Notes under the pieces: generated by a model
What the model saw: the letters and a program-made list of their open reading frames with translations, nothing else
Database searches by the model: none
Told to the model about the DNA's origin: nothing
Position numbers and translations under genes: made by a program
Assembly: GCF_009914755.1 (NCBI RefSeq)
Contig: NC_060926.1
Direction: 5' to 3' (one strand)
Length of the DNA: 64,000 nt
From: the human T2T-CHM13v2.0 reference genome, Homo sapiens
Part shown: positions 28,560 through 41,329 of the stretch, one piece after another
How the letters are laid out: every line of letters begins with the position of its first letter
Position numbering within the stretch: the stretch's first letter is position 1

Positions 28560-29700
28560 TTTTACTTTTTAAAAAATTATAATGATAAAGAAGCGCACAA
28601 AGTTAAAAGGGCAGGTTTCACCCCTTTCACCATCACCCTAAGGGTCAAAGGGTTACCAGGGTCAACAGTGTGAGTATCCTTCGAGAGACAGGAATTTCCA
28701 TCCTCCCCGCCCTGCCCCCTTGCTGTTTAGAGCTCATACTGTACACAGTGTTCTGACTTGCTCTTATCACTCAAAAATATATCATGGACACTCTTCCATG
28801 TCAACACATACATAGCTCCCTCATTTTTAAACAGCTATTTATTTTTCTACAGTGTAGATGTGCCCAAATAGAGAAGTAGATGAACCATTCCTCTATTTAT
28901 AAACGTGGAATGTGGTCCAAATTTTTTTGGCCCTTACAAATAATATTACAATCGGCATATCTGTAAATATATTTTGGCACACTTAATATTTCTGTAGATG
29001 AGATCACTTGTAGTGGAAAAGTGTGATTAAAGGATACATGCATTTTTAATATCTATAGGTTCTGCAAATTACTTTCCAAAAATGTTTATTAATTCACACT
29101 CCAGTCAGCTAAGTATGAAAGTTCCTATTTCTTATAGATGCAAACACCTGATAGTAAAACATATTTTTGCCAATCTGACAAATAACAGATGCTATCTTGT
29201 TTTTATTTATGCTATGATCATTGATGAAGTTGGGTATGTTTTCATATGCTTATTAGCACATAGTCCTTCTTTTGAGAATTGTCTATTTTCTTTGTCCATT
29301 TTCTTACCCTTTTGCTGCTTCTCGTTTCATACTGATTTCAAGAAGTTGTCTATATTACCCATATTAACCCTTTCCTGTTGTGTATACATGTTGCATGTAT
29401 TTTCTCCCCTTAGGTAACATTGTTTATGGTACCCTTCACTTGATAGAAATGTTAAATTTTTATAGTCTTCTCTGTTTAATTTTTTTCTGTTATAGCTTGT
29501 GAAATTTTTTCATGATATTTCTAATTAGTATTATAAAGCTCTTATAAGGAGCCCTTATAGCTCCTACCTACAGTACTTACTAAGAAGCAGCCTTCGATTA
29601 TAAATATTATAAATATTGTAAAAGTCTCCTATATTTTCTTTTAGTCTTTTATAGTTTTTTATGTTTAGATTATTAATCCATCTGGAATTTTTTCTGGAAT
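28560..29700 (-). mobile_element. Ancient L1ME-like fragment
   Basis: Antisense motifs ttttgccaatctga, cttcttttgagaattgtctatt, taatccatctggaattt. Confidence 0.7.
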
Positions 29701-29938
29701 ATGAGCTAAGACAGTGTATTAGTCATGCTTCATTCAACAGAAGGATTTTTTTTTTACTCAGATAACAATTGTGGGTGTTCAGATAACAACTGTGGGTGTT
29801 CAACAAGCAGACACAGGTATATTAAATGTTTATATTAAATGTTTTAATATCAGGTGTTTGTGAGTGTCTATAAGAAATAGTGACAGGGTGACTCAGAGAC
29901 CCAGGCTCCTTCCATCCTAGCTCTACCCTCCTCTTGAT

Positions 29939-30160
29939 AAGGGGTCAGCAAATTACAACCCATAGGCCACATGCAGCCCACTGCCTGTTTTTGTAAATAA
30001 AGTATTATTGGAACATAGCCATACTTATTTGTTTACATAGTGCCTATGGCTGCTTTCCATAAAACAGCAGAGTTGAGCAGTTTTGATAGAGACTATATGA
30101 TCCACAAAGCCTAAAATATTTACTATTTGGCCCTTTATAGAAAAAGTTTCCTGACTTCTG
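29939..30160. mobile_element. MER58A (hAT-Charlie), nested in an MLT1-like LTR
   Basis: ggggtcagcaaattac...ctgcctgtttttgtaaataaagt...aagcctaaaatatttactatttggccctttatagaaaaagtt. Confidence 0.88.
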
Positions 30161-32614
30161 CTTTGAAGTCTCAGGGTCCTTAGTTTCCACATGGCAGATG
30201 GGGAAGAGAGATCATGTGGGAGGCTTTCCACGGATGAGGCCTGGAAGGGGAGTACAACACTTTCGCCTACATTCCATTGGCCAGAATTCAGTCCCTGGCT
30301 TCACCTAACAATTTGGGAGGCTAGGAAATGTGAATTTATTGTGCACTGAGGAGGAAAGGGAATAATTAGCCATATTCTGCCAAGGTGTTCCCTGCAATTA
30401 TCTGTTTCTTTCTTCCTTCCTATTTTTAAACAGAATAGGCTAGATTACGGTGCAGAAACAACCAACCATCAAATCTCAGTTGCTTAGAACAAAAAAGGCT
30501 TATTTCTTGATCATACTACATGTCCACTAATGCTCAGCAGGGATGGCATTGCTCATTGTTGTCATTCACTCCAGTCTGATGAAGCAGTCACCACCACGCA
30601 CCTTGATGTTGCAGCACTAGGAAGAAAAGAATGCGGTGACTGATGTCCCAACTCTTAACTTCTGACTCAAAGTTATACTCATCACTTCCGGCCACCTTTC
30701 ATTGGCTGAAGCAACTCGCAGGGCTATACTATACTTTAGTCAGGTGGGGAAGTACAATCTTATCATGTGCTTCAAAGGCAGCAGAGCTGGAATATTTGTG
30801 AACAGCCCTACTGGATTGCACATTAACAAACACAGAACACATATTCATCCCCTTCCTATGGGAGATAACCCAGATTCCATTCATTCACTGCACACAAAGT
30901 CCAAGATCCTAGATGGTAGATGCCCTCCCCAATAAGTTTGAATATTGCCTAGTGATCTGGAGTCTAGCAACTAAAATTCCTCTCTGTCCCCACTACTTAT
31001 TCAGATATCAAAATCCTAACAGAGTCACAACTGATCATGGCCTGAAACAGGTTTCCAGAATCTGAGCTATATCCACAAATGTGAGCCCTGCTCTGAACGA
31101 TCATGCCTAGAGAATCAGGAGCCTGGTACAATCTAGGGGTGGCAAGCGGGAAATACGGCATTTTGCAAAAATCAATACTGCAAGAAAAGAGTCATCTTTA
31201 TTGAAGGACATGGCATTGTTTCTCCAGGCTTACAATTAAGCACCCTGAATAAAGAGTGTAGGTGACAATGTGGAGGAAAGCAGTACGCACAGATTAAAAA
31301 TACCTACACGTAAATGTTAAAAAATATAAACGAACATACTTTGTTCATCCCTCAGAAAACATCTGCTCTTATGGTTCTTGTTTTGTTTGCTTAAGAAAAG
31401 ATCTTCACATTTCTATTTAGTTTAGAAAATAGTAAAATGCAATTCAATCTCTGAATTGTAATCACAGAGAATCATTTTGAACAATACTGTCAAACTAGCA
31501 TTACACAGATCAAGATTTCAAACAATGTAATTTTTCAAATAAACTTTGACCATCTGGTGAAAACACCAACATATATCTTATTCATATTTTGTTTCTTCAG
31601 ACTTTTCTATCTCCCTATAATAATAGGAATATAATGCATATTTTAAAAATCATTTATGCCTAATTCAGAAAAATAATGCTTTGTTAGTTATATGATGTGC
31701 AAGAAGCTTTTACATGTTTCAATAAGCATATTAAATCCTCTCTAACAGAAACAGAAGTTTTCATTATTTCCAGAAGAAATTAATTTGAACAGCAAAAGGT
31801 TCAAGTTTGATTTGAAATTCACTGTCTCTAAAACTTTTAAAACTCTGATTTTTTTGGGGGGGTGCTGGGCCCCTTAGCTAACTCTTGAAATATACAATTG
31901 TTTTCTTCGAAGTTATTCTATACTTGTCTTTTCACGCGCTAGGCCTCCACTCACAGTAGAGAATTAGTTTTAGCCTAGTCTGTGGTACAGTGGCTACTCC
32001 TACCTGCCTAGTCTCTATTTTTTCATTGATTCACTGCTTTAACATCTTTGCTCTCAACACATACAGCATTTATTCTTATAGCTCCTACCTACAGTACTTA
32101 CTAAAAGAAGCAGCCTTCGATTAGAAAGGCGGTATATGGTCTTCTTAAAACCCTTTCTTCCCTCTGGTCATATTCTGTTCTTGAAGGCATTTTTTTCTGT
32201 CGGACTTCACTAAGCAAGTTAGATTTGGAGTCATGGGAAGATTATGAAGTGGTGGAAGAAAAGAATGAAGACTGAGTTCAATGTTATTTCCAAAGCCCTT
32301 CCTAGGAAAAGTGTTGTTTATTATTCATTTTGGAATTCTAATTATGGAGGAAACCTCCCAAAAACATAAATAAATTATTTAGCCAGAGGACCTAAGAAGT
32401 GCATCAAATTTCAAGTCAAATGGCTACAAGTTACTTATTACACCTAAATTTAATAAGCAATAGGATGTTTGTTCTTTATGTGTGGTATGGCTTCTAGAAG
32501 CAAGCTTTCCTCTCTGTAGCACAGGCAGGGTCCAACGGTCTAGGTTCAAATTCTTCCTTTACCACTTACTAGCTAAAAACTTAGGCAACTTATTTCACCT
32601 CTCTGTGCCTCAGT

Positions 32615-32937
<323 letters not shown>

Positions 32938-33411
32938 TAAAACAGGACAAAAGTAGTACCTACCTGATGGGGTTCTTCCAAGGATTAAATGAGCTAGTAC
33001 TTATAAAGCACTTGCTAATGTCTGTTAAATAAATTATATGATCCACACACCAATCCAAGGCGACTATAAGGTAGCAAGAACCACTCCAAGTCACATAAGA
33101 AAATGAATTCCTTTCGTTTTAGCTCCTCTCTTTATTTCAGCAGTGCGTTGTCAACAGGGCCACATTATGTTAGCAGATTTGAACTTTATCCGAAAGGTGT
33201 TTGTATTTTATTTCAAATTATGAATTCCTGAACATCGGATTATGTACGATTCTGCAGTGCCCTCGGAGGCCCATTAGAGTCTGGAGCTCGAGAAGCATAA
33301 CAAACTCTGGTCTGATATTTGTAAGGAGCTTGACAGCCAAGGAGCCACTCAGAAACAGTTATTGGTATTGCCAAAAAAAAAAAAAAAAAGGAAGCTAAGA
33401 AGTCACCCTTC

Positions 33412-33454
<43 letters not shown>

Positions 33455-33455
33455 A
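33412..33455. repeat. (TAAA)n tetranucleotide repeat
   Basis: About 10 perfect units. Confidence 0.95.
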
Positions 33456-33879
33456 AACCTGAATTGGAGAGCTGCCTGCATTTCACTCTACTGCCTCTGG
33501 AAGAAGAGTGTTATCTAAAGTGCTTCCATCATGAATAATGATTGAGAAACTGCTTTTACTCTCCCGACTACTGTACTCCCAGGCAGAAACCCACGGCTGA
33601 AGCCCACGATGCCCATGTGTAACTTGGTTATTACACACACGTTTGGAGCCCAGTGTGCAGACCCGCAGCGCAGAGGAGGCGGCGGAACACCCCGGGTTGG
33701 TCGGGTTTCCAAGGGCTGACCCGAGCTCCAGCACTTTTTCCGCGCCTGATTTTTCAGGTCATTTTCGAATGGGCTATCTTTGCTTACATTTTGAGCTTGG
33801 ATCCTCTCCAGAAAGCATTACTACCTTCTAAAAGGAAAAACATCTCGTATTTGCAGACAGTGCTGAGGGAGCAAAGTTC

Positions 33880-34198
33880 ATTTTCTCGGGTAGGAGAAGA
33901 TGATTCTCTTGCAACACGTGCGGATTGTGACAAAATCTTTCATTAACAAGGGGAGTTTCGGTGAAGTGGAGGTTTGGGGAAAGGCGAGGAAGTCGGTCTG
34001 GAGCAAGCAAGCAAAGTGCGGAAGCTGTACTGGGATTCTTCTAGAAAGTGGGGTGGGAAAGGAGCTAGGGAGGGCGTGTGGAGGGACGAGATCTGTGTCA
34101 GAACGTGCGTGTGAGCGGATACAAAACCCGAGAGAGGCGTGAGCAGCGCTGTGTTTGCGAGCGGGAGCGAGGGGCGCCGGCTGGGGTGTGTGCTCCTG
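33880..34198 (+). other. SPATS2L: Alternative first exon 1a (5'UTR; start approximate)
   Basis: Strong donor CTG|gtgagt at 34198/34199 in the island; gene identity is from recollection of the mRNA. Confidence 0.65.
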
Positions 34199-34252
34199 GT
34201 GAGTGACACCGAGGGGAAGGCGGGCGGGTCGGCGGGCGGGGGCAGCCTGCGA

Positions 34253-34301
34253 GGGGCGGGAGTGTCCCTGCGTGGGGCGGCCGAGCCGGAGTTGTGTCAG
34301 T
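34253..34301 (+). promoter_or_regulatory. Sp/KLF GC boxes and Inr-like element ahead of exon 1b
   Basis: GGGGCGGG 34253-34260, GGGGCGG 34274-34280 and GTCAGT (BBCABW) 34296-34301; no TATA box seen. Confidence 0.6.
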
Positions 34302-34519
34302 GAAGGAATCCAGTCCGGGGGCCGAGCTGGCTGCGCCCTCCGCTGCAAGCGCCGGCAGCGCGGGGCGAGCTCCGGACGGCGCGCGGCCCAGGCAGCGGCT
34401 CCCGCTCGGCCCGCCCTCCGAGCCGCAGGGGCCGCCACCGCCGCGGCGCCTCCCCTGGCGACCGCGCCCCCGGGCCCCGGCTCCGGCCCGGGACGGAGGA
34501 GCCGGCGCTCGACACAGAG
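34290..34519 (+). other. SPATS2L: Alternative first exon 1b (GC-rich 5'UTR, no ATG; start approximate)
   Basis: Donor GAG|gtaagc at 34519/34520; the junction ...CTCGACACAGAG-AGCTCTTCAGAAACC matches my recollection of SPATS2L mRNA. Confidence 0.8.
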
Positions 34520-36151
34520 GTAAGCCCAGGACCCCCTCCACGCCGGGCCGGCTGGGGATGCAGGGCGCGGGCGGACGCGGAGGGGCCTGCGCGGCCGGGA
34601 CGGAGACTCGGCTGGGCCGAGCATTCCGCAGCCCGGGCCGCCCAGCCTCCGCCGCCTCCCGGAGCGCTGGGTGTGGCCCGCGCTCGGCGCCGAGGCGGGC
34701 TGGTGGCGCGGACCGGACGCGAAGGTCGCCGTCCTTCCTTTCTCCAGCCGGCGCGGGCAAGCGGGAGGAGGCGCCGGCTGGGACGCACAGTGGCGCTCCC
34801 CGGGCGAGCGTGTGGCCGCCGCGCTCCGACGTGTACCCGCCCGCCCCGGATCTGAATCGCCCGCGGCCGCCGTCCCTCGCCTGCCGTCCTCCCGCGCGGG
34901 CGCCCCCGTTCCCTCCCAAGCCGGAAAGAGACCCACCGTCCCCCAGGCTGCTCTCTGGCCCGGAGCCGCAAAGCCCACGTCAGCCGCGACCACCCCGCCC
35001 TCGGATCCCAGCCGGGTGCGGGGGCCGCGGCCCCACTGAACCCCGCGCCCCTGGCGCCCAGCGGGAGTGGGATGCGTTGGCGTCCGCGCTGCGCGGGTGG
35101 GCTGGGGTGGCCGGAGCAGACGCGGAGCGCCCTGGCCGCGGGACGAAGCGGTCGCGCCGCCGCATTTGGGCGGGGGGACCCCGGAGTCCGCGGGCTGCGG
35201 ACCCCAGCGGGAGACGGGGTTGTCGTAGGATGCGCTCGCGCTGGACGCCGGCGCACTCTGAATATCATGCTGCCGCACACGCGGGGCTGAAGGGCCGAGT
35301 CTTCACCTGCGCGGGGATGCGGCGGAAGCGTCGCGTCTTCGCGAGTGGAGGTTTCGTGTTCCCGCGGGGTTGGTGTGTTTTTGAACTTCACGAGCTTCTC
35401 ATCCCCCCCGCAATCCTGGTTTTAGCAGATGTCGGGGTTTTGGAGACCTGACACTTTTCGTGAAAGATTCTTTCTGTACGTTTTCTTTTGGCTATATTAC
35501 AGGGTTTGTAGCTTGAGAACTAGTGAAAACCCTTGAACTTCAAACACAGTCTCATTGCTTATTTTTTGAAATTTAAATATTAAAATATGTACCAGCCCCC
35601 TCACAAGCCGACAGACTTTAAGACAAACGACTGTGAAATTTTAGAACCTGTGCAGAGAAAGTGGTTTTATACCAGTACTTGAAATAGTAAGGTCGTGTAA
35701 CCTTTTTAACATCGTTTTAGTTTGTCTTAAAGGAAGGTTTCAGCACCACTTTGACTGGTACTGTTTTCCAGAGTTTAAGCAGATGTATGTAATATAGCAG
35801 GGAAGAGGACAGGAAGTCAGAAATCTCTTCACTCTGAAAAAAAAAAAAAGACTTCAAATAATACAACCAATACCCTGAAAATAGAGTGGCCGTCTGGATA
35901 AAGTATTTGATAGGCCTTATGAAATTGTGTTGCTTAACCAGAAAGCAATGTGTTGTTAGATAGGGCAGTTTTATCTAGTAACTGTCGTGTTTAAAAATAT
36001 CTGTGTATGATATTCTTTGTTGAATTTTAACTGGGGAAAAATCAACTTTGGGAATGGGTTTCTATTTGGACAAGGCAAATACTGCAGTTTCTAATTAGAG
36101 TTTTGGAATAAGCTCAAGCTGTGTTAAAACCTATTGTATGGAGCAGCAGAA

Positions 36152-36215
36152 CAGAAAACATGTCAAATCTGTATCTGTGTGGCAGAAAACATGTCAAATT
36201 CTGTATCTGTGTGGC
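36152..36215. repeat. Tandem duplication of a ~31-bp unit, followed by (CA)n at 36223-36249
   Basis: cagaaaacatgtcaaat(t)ctgtatctgtgtgg occurs twice. Confidence 0.9.
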
Positions 36216-36670
36216 TTTAAATACACACACACACACACACAGACACACAAACTAGAGACTAGCCCCAAAAGATAATTTGCATAAAAATACAATCACTTGA
36301 ATGCAGAGAATAGCTAAAGACGTTAGTAAAAACTGAACATCTGGGAAAAGACTGTATTAATTGGCAATTTTCTTTCTTTAATCCCTGAAAATATTAAATG
36401 ATTTTCTAAGAATCAACTTAGTTTAATGTGCTCATTTAGACAGGCAAAATGATCAAGACTCCTTTTGTATTCATTTTGTTTTAGGGAGCCCCCTAATGAA
36501 AGTCTTCAGTAAATAGTTTTTCTGCATGCACTGATTTTCCTGAGGCCATTGTGGAGAGAGTTATCTGTGGGCTTGAGAAGCTGCTCTGCCACACCAGTAA
36601 GGATCAGGGAAAGAAAATACTTAGGCCACACCGTTGCAGTCTTTGATTGCATGCCAGTCTGAAGCATTTT

Positions 36671-36688
36671 ATGGACCCGTTTTGCCAT
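36671..36688 (+). CDS. SPATS2L: Coding end of candidate first exon 1c: MDPFCH, N-terminus of an extended isoform
   Basis: ATG GAC CCG TTT TGC CAT|gtaagt; a phase-0 join to exon 2 reads open (SSSETRLLSGTLLWIP). Fits my recollection of an isoform about 30 aa longer. Confidence 0.6.
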
Positions 36689-39600
36689 GTAAGTGGTAAG
36701 CTTTTACATCAGAAGTTAAGCTTTAGAAATATCTCACTTTGGGGCCTAATTTTTGTGAGTTTCTCAGTCTGCGATCAGAGTTGTGTTATCAATCACAGTG
36801 AATGTTCGTGAATGGTTGTGTGTTGAAAGGGCATAGGTGGTCTTCATTCTATTACTTTACACAGTTTTAATCAGCATTTTCTGAGGTGAGCCAGGACAAG
36901 AACTTCTGGTTACAGTTTGGATAGGATGGAAAAAGTTGTGGTTGCTCTTCGTAAGATCTAAGCTGCTACTACCTGTCCCACTGTATGACAAGAGTGGAAT
37001 GCATTTTATGTGCACTTGACAGGTACTGCTTAGTCACTGCTTCATAGTACTTCTTTCCTAGCCATCTTCTGTAGCACTTTTACTGTCATTTGACTGTGAT
37101 AATTAAATCATATGTTTTTTATAATTTCTGTGCACAGAAGAGTAGATTTTACAAGCATGACACAGGACATGAGAGTAGGTGTCTCATATGGACAGATTTA
37201 AGTGATTGGGTCTGTTTATTGATCTCTGAATGTTGTGCAACATTCAACTAATCCATTTCATCACTGTTTTGCCTTAAAGTGTAATCACACAATTAAAATA
37301 AGATTTTCATGTTACAAACAGTTAAAAACCCAGTAAACATAATTATAGAAGAAAAACAAACCTTTCTTTTTTCTTCCCTTTTTTGAAGTAGTCTTGCTAT
37401 GAAGGTGTTATGTCTTTGACACATCAAAATGGCTAATTTGGAGTTGTGATGCTTGTTATGTAAATAGGCCATATGTTGAATTTCTGCAGAAGCTTATTCC
37501 TTCAGTGTTGTGGTAATGGGTAGGATCCCCTAAGTACCATAGCTGAGAAAAATAGTCTTATGAAGATATATTTCTCTCTACAACTTATGTAATTTTTTAT
37601 TATTTTTGATAATAGCTAGTGTTTTTATTTTCTGATAAAAAAATTTTAAATGTGATGTTATCCTTCCTTGCATCATACAAATCTTTGTCTCTAGTACTGA
37701 TCCAAACTCCATTCCTATTTATCTACTTCCTTAATTAATAGACTTTTTATGGTGGATGGCCTGCTGTCAAGCTAAAGACTACATGCTTGATAACAAACTT
37801 TTTGTATTCTCTCTAAACTTCTTCCTTTTATGATGAAAAGACTTTCCTTTCTTGATCCGTTTAGCATTCTCTTCATCACCCAGACTGGAGATGTAGGAAC
37901 CATTGCTGACTCTTCGCTCTCTCACTGCCTCTGTGAAACTGTGTTATCAAGTCCTGTTAACTCTTCCTTTTTAATGGTTTCTCTGAGCCACCCCTGCATT
38001 TCGTTTTCATTCTTCACTCTCCCTGATCGGATGGGAGGCCGTCAGCCATCACCGTTTCTAGGATAATTATAGTCTACATCTTGGTCTCTCTGTAATTGAG
38101 TTTTCCCCATTCTACGCATTTCCACCGTATCAACCTTCCTAAAACTCTTCCCTCAAAACTCTTCAAGGATTGTTTCACAGGAACAATACTTTAGCATTGT
38201 TTAGTATTGCACCAGAGTGCAAATACTTTCCATGGCCTCCCCCATTGCCCAGCCTCTCAACTTGGTTTCAGTGTACCTCACAGTCTTGCCCCAAATTAAC
38301 TTACCAATGTTATTTTCTACTTCTTTCCAACATGAACCTTCTGTTCCTACTAGTTGGATCTCACTGCCCTTCTAAGATGACATGCTCATTTTCATGTGTC
38401 CTTTTTTGTTCATGCCCTGCCTTTTAGAATGTGTCTCTTCTTTTTTTCTCTGACCTAACCACATTCTTCAAGTTCAAGTCAGCCTGCCCTGATCATGTTA
38501 CTCTCATTGGTTCTTTCTGCCCTTTTGTTTGCATCGTTCCTCTAGACCATCACATCCTTTCTTACGCTGTTACATGCTTCTTTCTTTCTTTCTCAACTAG
38601 ATAGTAAGGCACTGATGTGCCTTTTATTCTGTCTACCGGCCCTGGCCGTAAGAAGCACTTGATAAATACACCGATAAAATGAATAAATGTAAGGATGATT
38701 TTTTTTAAATCATGGGCTTTGATACTGACTCTGAACTGCTCACCATTGGGTCCTCAGAGCCTAACTCATAGCCTGACACATAGTCATGACCTCAATAAAT
38801 ATTTGTTAACTTAGAAATTCATGTTGACATTGGATAAAAGGGACAGGCATTTGAAGGAGGCGTCTGTCAAGATTTTTTTTTCCCATTTTTCTTCAGTAGT
38901 TCTAATCAGCTTCTCCATTCATCAACTGTGAGAATTCTGAGGACTCGGCATTTCCCAGAGTTGGGATAATGATGGAGTCTGGCAGTTGTGAGTTGGAATT
39001 AAGAAGCTTGTAGTTATTTTAAGGTGGAGTGATGGGCCCCAGTACTGAGCAAAAAAAGCATTGAGGCTTTATGCCAGTATTTTATACGTCAAACAATTAG
39101 GCTAAAGTTATCAGTTATATAAAAGTTCAGCTAATTGGCTCTAAAATTTCAGACTGTATTTATTGCAGGGCTGCTCAAGTTTTTCATTTAAAAGCATCCC
39201 TGTAAATTAGAAAAAAATACATCTGGGCACCCATCTGAGGGTGAAAGGTGATGTAGGGAAGAGTCTACCACATCCCATTGTATTCAGGACCGAATTTAAT
39301 TGTTTAGTAAGCCTTATTTTGTACAAGGCACTGTTTCTGCTGGGAAGGAGTTTATAGCCTAGCAGGAAAAAATAACAGACGTATCCCAGAAACAAAGGTC
39401 TAGCAGAGCTCAGAAGGGAAAAAAATCTGTTGGGGAGTGGAGGGAATCTTCTTAGAATGACAGTTGTTTGAGGTGATTACTGAAAGGATTTGGATAAGAT
39501 TTCAGTGTTATTGGGAATATAAGGATGGGGGAAGGGTGCTGTGAGTGAATTCCAGGGCCAATTTGTTGACTTTACATCAGCACTCTTATAGTACTCCTGC

Positions 39601-41329
39601 TTCTGAGGAGTTGAACCCAGCTAGGAGTCTTCTGAGCATTGGTGGGCTGCAGTGTTCAATAATGGAACCTAAAGGATATATAGATACCTGCAGTAATTAC
39701 ATGTGGTGCCAAGTGCTGAACTGACTATGACACAAAGCAAAAAATAAATCTTGGAAGCAGTATAACCAGTGTGTTCCTGGATAGCATCCAGCTCACTTAG
39801 AATGCTCAGAAAGGCCTCTTGCATTATGGAAATGCCACTGAAGGTTGACACTTTCACAGTAATGTAAATAATGAGAGGTGCACCCCAGATTGTGGTCCCA
39901 AGCAGCCAGCCATCTGTGGGACACTGCACAGTGCACCTAGCCGAGTTGAGTAAAGGTGTAAACACACTGTTATATAGAACCCTCATTCTGATTCTGTGGA
40001 ACGGAGTCCCATGGTCTGTAAAGCTAGGACCAATGGGAATGTTTGAGGAATACAGATTTTGGGTCAATAGATGGAAAGTTGCCCCATTATGGATTGTGCT
40101 ATTTCAGGAGGTAATAGGCCCCCATCACTAAACATATATAAGCATCGCCTATACCAGGCAATATCTTATTTAATTATATACATTCTCTCCTTTATTCTCA
40201 AAACAGTGCTATGAAGTACATGCTCCTATTACTCCAGTTTTACTGAAGAGCAAAACTGAAGCCTAGAAAGGTTGAGTAGCTAGTAATTTGTAGAGCTGGT
40301 ATAAAGCCCAGGCAGTTTGCGGGCAGAAACTGCATATGCACTGAGATGAAGAAAGGATGCAAACATTAGGTGGCCATATGGATTTTCAAGATTCCTTCCT
40401 AACACTAGGATTAATACTTTAATTCACCTTAGGGATCAAGATGCTAGCTGTTGCAAAGTACTAGTTCATTATCAGCACCCAGTTCCTAGAGATTCAGAAC
40501 AAAGTGAATACAGTCATCATCATCATAGTTATCACTTATTGATCATTTTATTTAAACCTCAAAGGAATCTTGGAAGGTAAGGATTATACACCCTTATTGG
40601 ACAGTGAAACTGAAGCTCAGGGAAGTTACATAACTTGATTGAGTCTGCAGAGTTGATAAGTGGCAGATGAATCTGGTGTCTGACACCCAGGCCCTGCTTT
40701 TTCTTATACCACCCTGTGAGGTAACACATGGTGACACTGAAAATATTTACCTATCGGTCTGCACAGAAACCAACAAGTCAGAGCTGTCAGCAACGCCTGT
40801 GGCTCTGCAGGTGATGAGTATCACCTGAAGTGATATTTAGGAGCAGTTTGAAGGTGTGTGAAAGGCTTGGTAATCTACCAAGACCACAGATCTGGAGCTC
40901 TAGTGACTTCTTCCCATGCTCAGCATTTATTTTATTTTATACATGATAAGTAGTACTATTAAAGAGAGAGAAAGCCTTCACGGATAACTATTATTACATT
41001 TATATTTCTAATTAAGGAAAAATGTTTTGCAGTGGTAATCTGTGTCCCTTATAAATGGCAGGCTCTCTTCCCACTCCTTGTCTTCCTTTCCCTTATTCCA
41101 GTCTGATGCTAATCCCTCTTGCTTCCTCAGGGACCTTGCTTCATTGTCTTTTCTTCAGGGTCTCAATGATCCTTTTCTTTCAACATATAAACATGCATAA
41201 GTCTTTCATATTCTTTATGAAAACAGAAAACGATGAACGCTTTTGGTCGCTTCTCTCTAGGTTTGGGTGTGTTTCATCTTATTCCTGGTCTTAGCAGGCA
41301 GCTCCTTGAAGTACAGGTCCTCGTACACA

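Larger units (their letters stand above)
33590..35450. promoter_or_regulatory. SPATS2L: CpG island promoter (SPATS2L)
   Basis: Abrupt rise in GC and CpG density against a CpG-depleted background; contains GC boxes and two consensus splice donors. Confidence 0.93.

Noticed and set aside
34037-34048. TTCTAGAA heat-shock/STAT-like motif in exon 1a
   Set aside because: Only two nGAAn units and wrong spacing for GAS; too weak to call.
33590-35450. Alternative identification of the locus as FRMD6/FRMD6-AS1
   Set aside because: The exon 1b-exon 2 junction and the 50-nt exon fit my recollection of SPATS2L much better; a BLAT search would settle it.
33878-35451. Long overlapping ORFs (466, 385, 364, 273 aa) on both strands
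   Set aside because: They lie in the CpG island where stops are rare, are low-complexity A/R/P/G, have no recognisable domain, and run through splice donors.
35739-35749. TTCAGCACCAC, the REST/RE1 left half-site, near the promoter
   Set aside because: The right half (GGACAG) is absent at canonical spacing, so it cannot be called without ChIP data.
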